From Fistulifera solaris (taxonomy: Eukaryota): a DNA stretch of 64,000 nucleotides. The notes under the pieces were generated by a model. It had not been told where the DNA came from, made no database searches, and worked only from the letters and a program-made list of their open reading frames with translations. Numbering within the stretch: the first letter of the stretch is position 1; the number at the start of each line of letters is the position of its first letter. The DNA is taken from contig AP026138.1 in NCBI GenBank assembly GCA_030295235.1, positions 434,001-498,000 of the forward strand, given 5' to 3'. The position numbers and the translations under genes are program-made. Of the stretch, positions 50,022-62,728 are shown one piece after another.

Positions 50022-50955
50022 AAGGACTCGTTGGCAGTTTAGTGGCATTCGTCTAGCTATGCAGCTGTACATTCCATCAAATTTTGTATTTTGTACTATA
50101 AACTATGTAAGCGCATTACTTTGGTTTCTTTTACCGCTTTATCCCAAGACACCATAATAAAGGTTTTAACATGAGTTTTTGGTTTAGCAAGATCTCTTTA
50201 CGTTCTCCGAGTGTTGCGAATATTTAACTGGTTTTCGACCATCCTAGCTCTTTGGACAGGTACTCGGAGTTGCCGTCAGAACCCGGAACTTGTGGAGTGT
50301 ACGCGTATCGCGTGCCTCTCGGCTCATTTTTGTTGAAGCTTGAAGCCGACGAAAGCATTATTCGATGATGATTCACTTTACGGCGGCAGAATATAGAAAA
50401 TGGAACAAAATTAAATTTAAGAGGCGATCGAAATGTTAAAAACTCTGTTTGAAAGGAAGTTTCTGGTTGACGAACGAGACCCCGTGGGAACCATCCAGGC
50501 CGGTGGCCTTCAGCTTTCCTTCTTCGCTCCGGATCCTTTATACATCCTGCAACTGCTTTCCGTAAGTCTTCAGTCGTCTGTATCGAGTACAGAAATCTGA
50601 ATCTTCTCACATTCATTTTTAGATTCTAGGCATCACGGCTCTTGTCGGGAATTTTCTATCACTCATTGTGTGCCACGGAATTCTTCGAAAAAGTCAACAA
50701 ACATCATTTGCACTTACATTTGGTATTCTTTTGCCGATCATTCTCTATTACCCCTTCTTCCTCGCCGATTTACTCGACATTCGATCGTCGCCTCTTCGCA
50801 TGACGGTTCTTTCGTTGCCGCTAACTTGCACGCTACGAACATTGCACGGTGAGAAGAAGTACCAGCTGCTAGTCTCATAGTTGCTGTCCGTCCATCTTTC
50901 TTACTAAAATTTTAAAATTCTCGACAGCTTTCTTTACTGAACAACAATCAACGTC

Positions 50956-51947
50956 ATGGTCTCGATATCGGCGGGAATACGGCTTTGTCTTGCACCCATT
51001 GCGCCACCCCAAAACACAAGCCTTCGTTACGGCCACGGTGCATTCCTTTCTGGCAGCACTTCGTTCCTACGGCAAATGGTTCTTCCTTCTCGGGATCTCA
51101 TATTCACTGCTACTTCCCTATTCGTTTGTGCCCTGGAACACGCCGAGACCTTTGCATGAAACGTTCTTGTCGTTTCATCCGTCCCATCTGGCCAACAATT
51201 TTGTACACGCGGGTGCGTCATCTGGTGGAGCTGGATTGGGCTTGCCGAAATAGACGCGTTGCATTCAACCTGTTTGACTTACGACTGATTTATTTGTCTT
51301 CTAGTTCTTACCAGTTGGATGCTCGATCTGGGCGTCAATACGGGTGTCAATGGTGTGATGCAATGCCTATCAGGTATCCAATTCGAAAATGTTGTGGACA
51401 GTCCCATGTTCGGATCGCAGTCTCCATCCGACTTTTGGGGTCGAAGATGGAATCGTCTCATTAGTGGTGATTTGAAGGTACGATTGTATTCATAATTTGG
51501 TGGTTCGTTGGTATGCAACCTCAAGTCTCTCTCTTGGTCAAAATTTTGCAGAATGGAATTTATAAGCCAGTTCGCCAATACACTGGATCCAAGCACGTAG
51601 CAACTCTTTCTACTTTTGTCGTTTCCGGGTTGATGCATGAGTACGTCTGGTATTACCTATTTTATGTCAATAAGCACCAGGATCCGGCGGATTGCTATCA
51701 GCCCCCATTTGGCAAACAGATCTTGTTTTTTGGCTGGAATGGCATATTGCTGTTATTTGAATATTTCGTCGGAAAAGAAACCTGGGAACGTGTCGCCAAA
51801 GATCTCTTTCCCGCGTGCACGACTGTTTTGGTGATTTTGATGGCTCTTCCCGTGGGGCACCTCTTCACCGGTGATTTGGTAGCTGGCGGCTACTTTCGAC
51901 AACTCTCTGGATTACTTGCGATTGTACGCATCGATTACAAATCCTAG
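50956..51947 (+). CDS. MBOAT wax-synthase-like membrane acyltransferase (frameshifted; 5' end uncertain)
   Basis: FENVVDSPMF...SDFWGRRWN, YKPVR and FVVSGLMHEY (catalytic His). The N-terminal half is broken across frames. Confidence 0.7.
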
Positions 51948-52295
51948 TGCCTAGGAAAGGTGTCATTTGTGTCATTACTCTTTTTAATTTGAATAGCTAG
52001 ATCATTTTTATGTCAAAGCCCAATAACCTTTGAGTCCTCAAGAAAGTAGAAAGCGCAAGATTCTTTGTACCGTTACGACTTGTAACATGATTCTTGTGTA
52101 TCGACAACAGAGTGCATTTTCTGGGGTCGAAAATGAACAAAAAAATGCGCGGCGACTTTTGCGGCCGTCCAGCAGACGACCGTCAATGTGACGATGATGA
52201 AAGAGACCGTTTGAAAGACGGCCATGAGCGATAACAAACGACCCTTGTTATTACAACTCTCCGATTTACACATCCACAAACGACCTAGAACGAAA

Positions 52296-53478
52296 ATGAG
52301 TGCCGCTGCAGCTCGTCGTCGTAAGCAATTAGCCGCCAAGCAAGGCAAACAGGATGTTGTGGGTACGCAGCTCAGCAAGATTCTGGAATCGAGCAATGAA
52401 ATGGACGAAGCTACGGCGTATGAAGCGATGCAGCTAGCACAATCACAAGTCCGCAAGAAGGTTCAAGCCAACGAGGCTGCCGATGCCTGTGAACTCTGTT
52501 ACAGTACCAGTCTGGCCTTGTTGCAGAAAGGCCGCGTGTCGGTGGCGAGTCAGCTGCTGACCCTCCTCGCCGAGGTTTTGCGCGAGACAAATACCGAGGA
52601 AACAGAGGAATGGATTACCCGTTCGGTGACTCTGCACGAGGCGCACATGAAAGCGATGGAAGGTACTTCAGCGGCTATGCCGTCGCAAGAAATCACGCGT
52701 CTGCAGCGATTGGAGCGAGACTGGTTGTTGCGAATGCTGCAATGGAGTGCCGATCTAGGGACAGTCAAGTTTGGTAACAATCGACTTCAAGAAATCATTG
52801 GAGAGCATTGCTGGAAACTAGCTTCGATCGAAGCAAAAGACGCTGACTTCGATGAGGAAGCTGTCTCGGAGTTGCAGTGCGATGCTGTCCAGCACATGGC
52901 ATTGGCTGAGAAACCCCTCCGAATTATCGAGTGGCTCAAGGATCTACCCGCACCCACCGACGAAGAGATGAAAACGGGACACACTTGTCCCCCCGCACTT
53001 CGTGATGGGCTTTTGACCCGAGCGTTACTCCTCTTAGCCGCGGTGGAAAATCTTCGCGATGCGAATGCATTGCTGCGGGCTTTCCTCGCTCAAGTCGAAA
53101 CTCGTGATGTCAAGGAACTAGCTACCTCCTACACCAGCAAAGAAGATGGCAAGGCTCCTTCGCACCCCATGTTCGGGTGTATGTTGATGCGAGTCTTGGA
53201 GAAAGATGCTCGAACGGGACCTCTGTTCTCGTGGTTGATGCGTTCTTTCAAGAGAGAGTTGGACCTCCTCTACAAACCCCAGGCCTTGCACGGCTTTTTG
53301 TTCCAAAATTGGAAAAATTTACTTCAATATTCAGCCCCCTCCAAATATGCTCAGCATGGTAGAGAACATGATGGGAATGATGGGAGGTGGTGGTATGGGT
53401 GGTCTCGGCGGACCCGGAGGCATCAACCCGGCCATGATGCAGGCCCTGGCTGCCCAAATGAAACAAGGTGGTATGTAG
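52296..53478 (+). CDS. GET4: GET4/TRC35-like protein of the tail-anchored protein targeting pathway
   Basis: YEAMQL and LLQKG...ASQLL helical pattern. After a frameshift near 53300 the C-terminus reads KIGKIYFNIQPPPNMLSMVENMMGMMGG. Confidence 0.65.
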
Positions 53479-53914
53479 GTTCCTTTGTGTGCAATTGGAC
53501 ACAAGTAGTAGTTTAAGCATACACGAAAAATAGTAGTTATTCCGAAAAACAACAAAAGATCTCTCTAGCTTATTGGGTTTTAGCTTAGCTCGTCGGTGAC
53601 TTCCAGAAACGCGTAACACGTGGAGCTTTTCGAAACAAGATCTGTCCTCCAACCGATCGGATAGTGACATCATCATGATGACAACATACAGTATTAGATC
53701 GGATGAAATCCATGAGAAAACAAAACGATGCTGTCATTCGTCTCAACCATTGTGATGCATGAGCTCTTTTAACCGAGAAAACAATTAACAAGCAAGATAT
53801 TTCCGTAGTCCATCCGCATTCTAGGTCCACGCAGGTTCCAGTGGACATTCTACGGCGTTGAACATTGAGAAAATCCGCACAAAACTTGCCCTCTCTTTCG
53901 CTTTCGATACAACA

Positions 53915-56900
53915 ATGGCCTCGAATCCGTTCACAATCCTCCGAAGAAGGCGACCGGCGACTATTGGGACAATGTTCTGTCTCATACTTTTCTGCGCATC
54001 GCTATCAGCATCTGCCGTGACCGCGCCCAGCAGCACGTCTGCAGCCAGCGTATGGGGTATTGGTAGGCATGGTTCTACAGATCGAACGCCGGCAAAAAAT
54101 TTGAAGAAGAAAAAGAAAAAGAAGACGCGGAAACAAACCGTAGAACTTTCTGACGAACCAAACGAGGAGAAAAGGCTTTCAAACAAAAAGAAGAAAGGAA
54201 AACGAAAGCGAAAATCAAATTCAGTTTCAATCGAAGGCCCTCCTGTCGAAATAATGGATGATGACAAAGCATCTACTTCATCGACTCCTGTTAGATCTAT
54301 GTCGAAGAAAAGCAAAAAACGCAAAAAGAAGGAGATGCATAAACAGAATGCGGATGTCGCATCCCAAACGAGGGTACCCTTGGACAAGGTTCTACGGAAA
54401 ACAAAGAAAGGGTCAAAACGAAAAAATGAGCCGGCCCTAAGTAACAATATTCCCAGTAAACATGATCATGCTGGGTCAATCGAAGAGAAAAGACGAAAAG
54501 CGAGCAAGAAGCGAAGCCGAACAGTTGCAGATAGAAACCAAGTATCATCAGAGGCGAGTCCCATTACTGTGGATGATTCCGTAGCACCAGATGCACCAGC
54601 AGAAGACCTCGCTAGCCAGCAAGACGCAGAGGAGTCACAGGCGACCCAAACGACACTTTTAAATGAGACAGCACCATCGAAGGAAGAATTTGAAACGGAT
54701 TTGCAGACAGAAGAGAATCCAGCTGAGCAAACAGACGCGCCTACGCAATCACATCTTGCTTCTGACGAAGTTTTGTTGGTTTCTCCAACCGAAGAAAAGC
54801 TGGATAGCGCAGACTCTTCACTCGCAATCTCGGTCCCCGTAGTACCTGATGAGAGTATTTTTGAAAAAGTCCCCTTAGTACCTGATGAGAGTATTTTTGA
54901 AAAAGAAAACCATAGCGACGACGATGCAACGACATCTCATGATACCGAGCAAATCAAAGCACCGGATACGGAGAACGCTGATGCCATCGTAGATACTATG
55001 GAAACAGAGTTAGATTACCAAACAGAATCCATGATCGTTTCCGATAGCATTTCCGCGGGACAGGAAAACCATCTCACGGATGAACAAGACAGTCAGAAGC
55101 TGGGGACCGAGGAAGAGAAGGACAGCAATGACAAGCCCGATGACAATGGTGATATGCCCGCACAAGATAATGCAGAGCTCGATCGACGCATTGATGAACT
55201 AATTAATGAGAATGGAGAAGCCGATGATACGATAAACCCAATTCTTGCTTCTGTCGTCGAAAACGACGATAAGACCAGCGAAGAAAGTGTTGCTGAGGAG
55301 GAAGGACGTGCCACCGACAATGTTGAAGAGGAGGCGGCTGCCGAGCCGATAGATGTTAAGGAAATTGCCGGGGACGACGCGAAGGTGGAAAGCAATATGG
55401 ATAAATCTTTGGAAACAAAAGATAGATTTGCCGTCGATGACGACGAAGATGTGAAACGCCCCGCCACGGAGAGTTTGGAAGGCACGAGCGAGTCTTTAGA
55501 GGGATTAGAAAGTATCACGAGCATAACCGAAGATAACAGTAGCCTTCATGGCCAGGATACCGTGGAGGTGACGGAAGTAGCTACGGAAATAGAAAAGATA
55601 AAGGAACAATAGCAGAACCTAATGACGAAAAGAACGCTGATGGTGACGACGACAACCAAGAAGATGAAAGAACATTTGCAGAACTAAAGGACGAAGAGAG
55701 TGTTGATGGTAACGACAACAATCAAGAAGGTGAAAAAGCAGAAGGAGAACCAAATGACGAAGAGGATGCTGATGGTGACGACGACGACCAAAAAAGACGA
55801 TAGAGCCGAAGCAGAACCAAAGGACGAAGAGGATACTGATGGCGACGACGACGACCAGAAAGATGAAAGAGCTGGATCAGAACAAAAGGACGAAGAGAAC
55901 GCTGATGATGATGACGACGACGACGACGAAGACGGGAGAGTCATCGATAAGAACGACGATGACTACGAACACCCTGGTGTAACGCCTTTAAAAAGTCAGT
56001 CATCTATCGATGGAGAAATAAACGAAGAATCAGTTTTGGCTGCGAGTGCGGAAAATGACAATACTGCAGCTTTTTCTGCCGACTTTCAAAGCACAGCATT
56101 AACGCATGATCCCATAACTATCGAAAGTATCGAGAGTTACTGTGACGATCCCTCTGATCTCACGTGTTCAATTGTTACGTGGAATTTGGCTGAAGAGTCC
56201 CCCTCTGAAGAAGAAGCGGCTTTTCTTAAGCAATTTCGCGGTAATGATATCGTTCTTATTTCGGGCCAAGAATGTGAAAATATAAAGCCTCGGCGAGCGG
56301 AAGGGCGTCGCTCACGCGAATTTCGGCGTCTGATGATAAAATATCTCGGATCGGATTATGTCCCGATTGCACTTCACATGTTGGGCGGAATCCAGTTCGG
56401 CCTCTTCTGCAAACGATCTATGCTAAAAGACGTGCAACTGGTGTCAGTTGCCGATGTCACCTGCGGCATTGGGAATGTGTTTCACAATAAAGGCGCCATT
56501 GCTGCTTTTGTCACACTGCAAAATAAATCAAACGCACAATCGTTACGCTTGCTTTTCGTGACGGCACACATGGCTGCTCACGTCAAAAACACCGAAGCCC
56601 GAAATTCCGATTTCTGGCGCATCGTCAGTGAACTTGAAGAGCAAGTTCCAGCTCAGTTTCTGGCACCCCGTGCTCCTGACGTGGAATGCACTGGAGAATA
56701 CTTGCTTAACTCAGTCGACCGCATCTTCTTTTGCGGTGATCTGAATTATCGAATCGACTTACCCCGAGAGATTGTAGAGCACACGGTAAGGAAAGGAAGA
56801 AATAACGGCAAGCTTGACTCCACTGCGTTGCAAAAGCTTCTGCGTCATGACCAGTTAAAAGCAGTCATGGCGGAAGGTTTAGCGTTTCCTGGATTTGCCG

Positions 56901-57148
56901 AAGGAAAAATATCGTTCGACCCCACATTCAAATACGACAAAGGCACTCATGACTTTGATACTTCTCCGAAGCAACGGATACCAGCTTGGACCGACCGCGT
57001 ACTCTTCAAACCAAAAGGGACCAGAGTAACGGCTTACGACTCGGTACCGCGAGCGTCCCATTCCGACCATCGTCCTGTATTTGCGAGCTTCCGGGTGAGT
57101 CGGACAACATCGGAATTGAAGACAAAGCGAAGAAAGAGAAAGAGATAG
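53915..57148 (+). CDS. Inositol polyphosphate 5-phosphatase with a long Lys-rich then acidic N-terminal extension
   Basis: TWNL, GQE, NKGA, AHMAAH, CGDLNYRI, PTFKYD, PAWTDRVL and SDHRPV motifs. The N-terminal ORF 53858..55612 is joined by frameshifts near 55600 and 55790. Confidence 0.8.
55614..55930 (+). repeat. Coding 66-bp (22-aa) acidic tandem repeat, about 5 copies
   Basis: EPNDEKNADGDDDNQEDERTFA / ELKDEESVDGNDNNQEGEKAEG / EPNDEEDADGDDDDQKDDRAEA / EPKDEEDTDGDDDDQKDERAGS / EQKDEENADD. Confidence 0.8.
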
Positions 57149-57691
57149 AATGTTCTCGTTGGAATAATCGTGCTTTGAGGCAAACCTATTATTCAATGCT
57201 AGTGCTAGTGTTATTAACGATACGAAAACGGTAGTCTCTATTCCTAAAGGAAGAAGCTCATGCCTCATACCCGGTATGAGGTATGAAGGTTTTCAACGTA
57301 TTGTGTATGGGTCCATTGTGCATACTGGATGTGACTATCAAGAGGCATATTATATATACCTCTTGTCTTGTGCGTGTAGACGCTTCATTTCAATATTTGA
57401 TCCGGGACTGAGGAACAGTGAATGAAAAAAGTCATCTACAATTTGCATGATAGTAACCGCATTCGGATGACCGCAAAAACATCCGGTACTAGTGCCCTAT
57501 TAAGCAAACTACCTCAAAAACACTCTGCTTCACACTTTCGGAGTTCTCAACGATGATGAAATTCGAAATATTTGTGAGAACAGAAAGAGAACATCTGCCA
57601 AACGGATGGTCAAAGAATAAATTATTGGAGATGGATCACAAATCATTTGTGCATTCAAGAGTCATTGGAGACAAATTCATTCACAATGATT

Positions 57692-59024
57692 ATGTCAATG
57701 AATATCCTACTACTGCTCTACTTTTTCATTGCACCATCCGCCGCATGGATTGGCGAAAAGGTGCGCATCGTCCTTCGACGAACCTTTTGCTTTGACACCC
57801 GACGAACAACGCAAAATGGCCATGGTTCGTTCCATCCAAATGCAATTTTATAAATCGGCGGCGAGTGAAGGAGCTGTCATCGACAAGGATACGGGTGTCA
57901 TACCCGAATTGCCCCTCTGGAGAGTTCCGTGGACGGAATTGCCGGGTCGGTCGAATGTTCTGCACGTGCACGAAGCCGTTTACACGAATATGTTTGAAAC
58001 AGTGCTCTACGGGAAGAAGCCCTGGTATATAGGACACATCAATCGCGGAACTGCCGACAACAGCAAAGTCGCGACATGGCATGCGAGACCGCGCACACCA
58101 TCGGCAGTGGTGGGAACGTTGCTCGAGATTGTCGACTATCGTCGTTTCGAAGATGGTCGATTGCTGATATTAGTGCAGGCATTGGAACGTTTTGTGGTCA
58201 ACAAAGTCGTACAGGAACTTCCTTATGGTGTTGCGAGTGTACAGCTTTTACCGGATATGGAGGAAATTGACCCAGATCTCACTTGGACCGAGCGAACCGA
58301 GCGTGAAATTCGAGGCCCTCGTGCTGCCGCCATACAGGATTCATTCCAAACTTACCACAACTTTGAATACGACGAAGCCTTTGAACTTCCTGTTCCTGAC
58401 AGAGCGGATCTGAGCATATCCGATATTTATGGGCCCAGTCTAGCGCTCATCCTACCGTTTGCGCCCCTTTCCAAGACGGCGAATGCTTGTCAGGATGTCT
58501 CTGGGGGAGTCAAAGTAGATGCAACAGTACAACCGAATCTTACTCATGCCATTATTGAAGATGCACAGCCTTGTTTAGAAGGTCAACTACTCGACCGCGG
58601 TATCCTTCAGTACCCATCCAAGTCGGCTGAGAGCATGGGAGATCTCGAAGTCAAGATATGGTTGGCTCTAGATCGTTTTCTGAAACGAACCAAGACACCC
58701 GTGTCACCGGCCCTCTTAGGCATCCTCCCTCCCGTCAAGGAATGGCCCTCCGATTTTGCCCTGAGAAAGATTGCGGATGAAATTGCGAATCGGACTGATG
58801 TTCGTCACAATTACGTGGCGATTGCGCCTCATTTTCCTGCACATCGACGTTGTCGACTCTTGAGCTTCTCTGCGGCCAATGTTCTCGAAGACAAGAAAGA
58901 TGAACGGGAAAAATCACAAATGCGGCAAAAGCTTTTGGAGATTGCTAGTACTCGAGGAAGAATGATGTATGTTCTTGAACAATTCAAGCAGGAAAATGAC
59001 GAACATCTAGGTGAATATCAGTAA
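57692..59024 (+). CDS. Lon protease N-terminal (substrate-binding) domain protein, probably plastid-targeted
   Basis: LPLWRV, ELPG...LHVHEAVYTNMF, VGTLLEIVD...DGRLLILVQALERF and PYGVA. A signal peptide (SAA-W) is in another frame, with a frameshift near 57760. Confidence 0.7.
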
Positions 59025-59230
59025 TAGCAGCTGGTCTGTGCTGTGGAAGCGGTCAAGTAGGAAAGCAAAGGTTGAAGGCCCACTGATCCAATCTCTCCTT
59101 CCCTCGTGAAGTTGTGCGATAGACATCTTTTGTAGATCCCGTAAAATGTATATAAGTTTAAGTTCGACGTCACTCCTCTGATTTATTCTTAAAACTAATA
59201 TTAGACTGAAAAGAGTGATTCGTCTATTAA

Positions 59231-60570
59231 TTACGGATCGAATTTCAGCAACACAAAGTCGTGGAACTCCTCACCGTCATCTTCTTCGTCGGCATCCTTT
59301 TTCGGGTTTCCTAGGTTCTTATCCAGCGCCGCCACTAACTCAGCTTCTTTCCCCGAATGAACTTTGTAAAGCACCGCCGTGAAATCCACGGGTAAGCCGT
59401 AACGCAAGACACTTTCCACGAATACTCGAATGACTTTAATGTGCGTCCACGCCACGAACGCATCGCCGTAGTGATTCTTGCACCATCGAAACAAAGCCGC
59501 ATTCATTCCGTCCACTTCTACTTGCATTTGTTCGTGAGCTATCGACGTCTTGGAAGCCTGAGAAGGATCCCATGTAAAATCACGGTGCACAAAGCGCTTT
59601 TCACGACAGATTTTGGCGAATTCTGCCACAAAGTCGATCTTGTTGCCTTGATGGAACTCCCCATTTTCGTAATATCCCGATTCGTATTGTCCCTTCAAAA
59701 TAGTCAAAGCGTAAAGAATACTATCCTCATCTTGGTGCACCAGTTGCAGTGATCCAGGTACAACGGGTGATCCACGCGTCTTGTGTCGATCCACATTCGA
59801 GCCGAACGACACCGGTTCTCCCAACATACTCGCATCATTCGACCAATCGGGACCTCCGTAACCGACCACGTCCGCTCCCAGACTGTAAACACCTTTCTCG
59901 AAGGAATCCTGGATCGACTGGGGAATCGCCACAAAGACTGTTTTCAAATATTCCGAATCAATGATTTGAATTTTGCGCATAATTTGATCATTCAATACAT
60001 CATTCCAGTCCGACGTTAACAAATTCCCACCCTTCCGACGTTTCATTTCTTGCAAGGCCACGACTTTGTCGCCAAACGATTGCGTCAATTGTTTGAGTTC
60101 TTCTTCCACTGCGACGGCCCCGCCCGTGATGAGTGCCACGAGTTCTTTCAACGGCCGGCGATTGGGATATTTGGCCGAATCCCAGGCAAACTGCTGTATG
60201 TACCGTGCGGCGGGGACCCCGCCCACCGTCAAATCCACGGCTTTCCCGTCGGCCAATTCGGCGGCCGTTTTCTCAATCTTGCGGACCGTCTGTTCGACGA
60301 TACTGTCCGTTTTCCCCAAGTCGTCACTGAGTGTCATGAGGGAGTCCAGTGTCCCCACCATGAGTGATGGGACTTCCAATTTGAACATTTCTTCGATAAA
60401 GAAAGTGTGAGAACAAAAGAGTCATTGTTTCGAACGAGATAGTCTGGCCTCATTGTCGTAGACTCACCCGAAAACGGTCGTTCTGGACAAGCCCCCGCCG
60501 ATTGCATTTTGCGATAGGCTTGCTCCGGCGCACCTCCGGAATTCGAAATGGCCGCAATAAAATAACTCAT
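59231..60570 (-). CDS. VHA-C: V-type H+-ATPase subunit C
   Basis: VGTLDSLMTLSDDL, FAWDSAKYP, SEYLKT and WTHIKVIRVFVESVLRYGLP motifs. Intron 60391-60467. Confidence 0.95.
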
Positions 60571-61011
60571 ACTTGAACGAACAAATGAACGGAAGGCTGG
60601 TGACTTTAGAAGTTAATATTTGATCGTTGTTGTTGCGTTGCGTTGCAATAAAAAAAGGCGAACACAACAGCGGAACTTTTTTGACGCAACGAGCCGTTGC
60701 TGTAGTTAGGGGTTATTTTAGCGTTTAAACTAACAAAAGGCTGACAGTCCTTTAGGGTCGTATCGCCAACCGAAACCGACGGGCGCGCTAGCGATCGATA
60801 CACGGACGCATGCAGTGACGAAGAAACAATCCTTCATAGGGATAGAGATAATTAGTGTTGAGAGCCAATCTTCGACATCATTCGGATATCAATGGAATAC
60901 TGCTTAGATGCAATGTATGTTTTATGCAAAATAGCCAGTTATGATCTTGTGAAACTATTTCAAAAACCATGGGAGATAAACTCTAGAGAGAGCAGTCTGT
61001 TGGAAAAAACC

Positions 61012-61074
61012 TTGACTCATGACTGACGTGCAGTCGCGGTTTCGTCATCGTCAGTCAACACTTTGGCCTATAGT
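61012..61074 (-). repeat. Dispersed repeat family, single copy
   Basis: TTGACTCATGACTGACGTGCAGTCGCGG...CAACACTTTGGCCTATAGT. Confidence 0.75.
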
Positions 61075-61391
61075 CAGCACGAACGATCGCAACGATGTTT
61101 GAACCAAACGAATCATCATCAAGGCGTGCAATACAAATGTTGTTTCGCTTGCATCTTCATACAGTAAATGGGAGAAACAATTTGCTGAACGAATGTAATC
61201 GCACGGAAAACTATGACCTATTAGTCTACCAGTGTTAAGGTTGACCAGTGTTAAGGTTTTCGGATGTTCGGAATTGTGAATCACGGTATGACGGGACTGC
61301 CACACACCACAAAACAGACATTTTGAAAGAACAAAATGTCATTCTCGTCCAGCTGTTCCATTTTTCAAGCTCCCAAATCAATTTTCTGAAT

Positions 61392-62710
61392 ATGAAACCA
61401 TGGCTTTTGATTCTATGCACAATCAATACTGCGACGGCTGTTTGGTGGCTCGACCGAGAAACAGAATGGCAATTGCAAGACCGTCTCATCGCTCCGGAAC
61501 GACAACGTCGAAGTGATCGGTTGGGTCGGGCGGTTGCCATTTTCCGAGAAACAATTGTGGTAGGAGCGTACTGGGATTCGTCTCCCGAAACGTCGTATCT
61601 AGGAGCCGTACATGTGTACACGCCCGGAGAACGATTCTATCAACACGATGTGTGGAAGCATCGAGCGAAAGTAACATCGAGAGACGTCAGTCCTCTCGAT
61701 CAGTATGGATCGGCTTTGGATCTGCACGGTAACACATTGGTGGTGGGTGTACCCTTTTGGATGGAGATGCGGGGACGGATCAAGGGGGAGTCTTTGTCTA
61801 TCAAAGTAATGACCCCAAAGTCTGGGTCGAACAGCCATTGTTACGAGCCAGCAATGCCAAAAGCGACGATCAGTTCGGTGTCTCGGTCGCCATTTATGAG
61901 AACACTCTAGTTGTTGGTGCTCCTATGAGTAACCCTAGTAACGTAAATAATGCTGGAGCGGCGTATGTTTTTCAGAAAGGCGGTGATGTGTGGACCGAAA
62001 CGACGATACTCACACCCTCGGATTCGGCGGCCGACGACTTTTTCGGTGGGTCCGTGTCCATCCATGATGATATAATTGTCGTCGGTGCCCGAGGGAAAGA
62101 TATGACTGTCACGGACTCCGGTGCAGTTTATGTATTTACGCGTGACGCGTTGAATGTATGGACCGAAGAAACCATGTTGACGGCCACGACGGAAAACCAC
62201 GGATACGGTGTAGCTACCGCCACGGATGGTACAACGATTGTCGTGGGCGCCATTCGCGATGGTACGCTCGGTACCAACGCGGGCGCCGTCTACGTTTATT
62301 CTCGCAACAATGGCGACTGGACCCTAAATGCCAAGCTGGTGGCCGGTGATGGAACAGCGGGCGATCAGTTTGGAATCGCTGTTGCCGTGGACGGCAATTT
62401 GATTGTCGTGGGTGCCCATTTCGATGACGTCGCAGACTTATCCAATGTCGGGTCAGCCTACGTTTTTCGAAAAGTCAACGGTTTTTGGAGCGAAGAGCGA
62501 AAGCTCACGGCTTGTGACCGAAGTCCCGGAGATGGTTATGGATTTTCGGTGGACGTGGACAGAGACCAAATTGTTGTGGGCTCTTTCGCAAGTGATATTA
62601 TGCATCACTTTGGACGAGATGCGGGTGTAGGGTATGTATATAAATACGACCGTAAACGAAGGAGGCTTCGTTCACGAAGATGCCGGCGAAGGAATTCCGA
62701 CGGTAACTAA
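61392..62710 (+). CDS. Secreted FG-GAP repeat beta-propeller protein
   Basis: Signal peptide MKPWLLILC.... About seven repeats of D.FG.SVAI.G..IVVGA...GAVYVF. Frameshift near 61757. Confidence 0.88.
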
Positions 62711-62728
62711 GCTGCTCTAAATTTAAAG

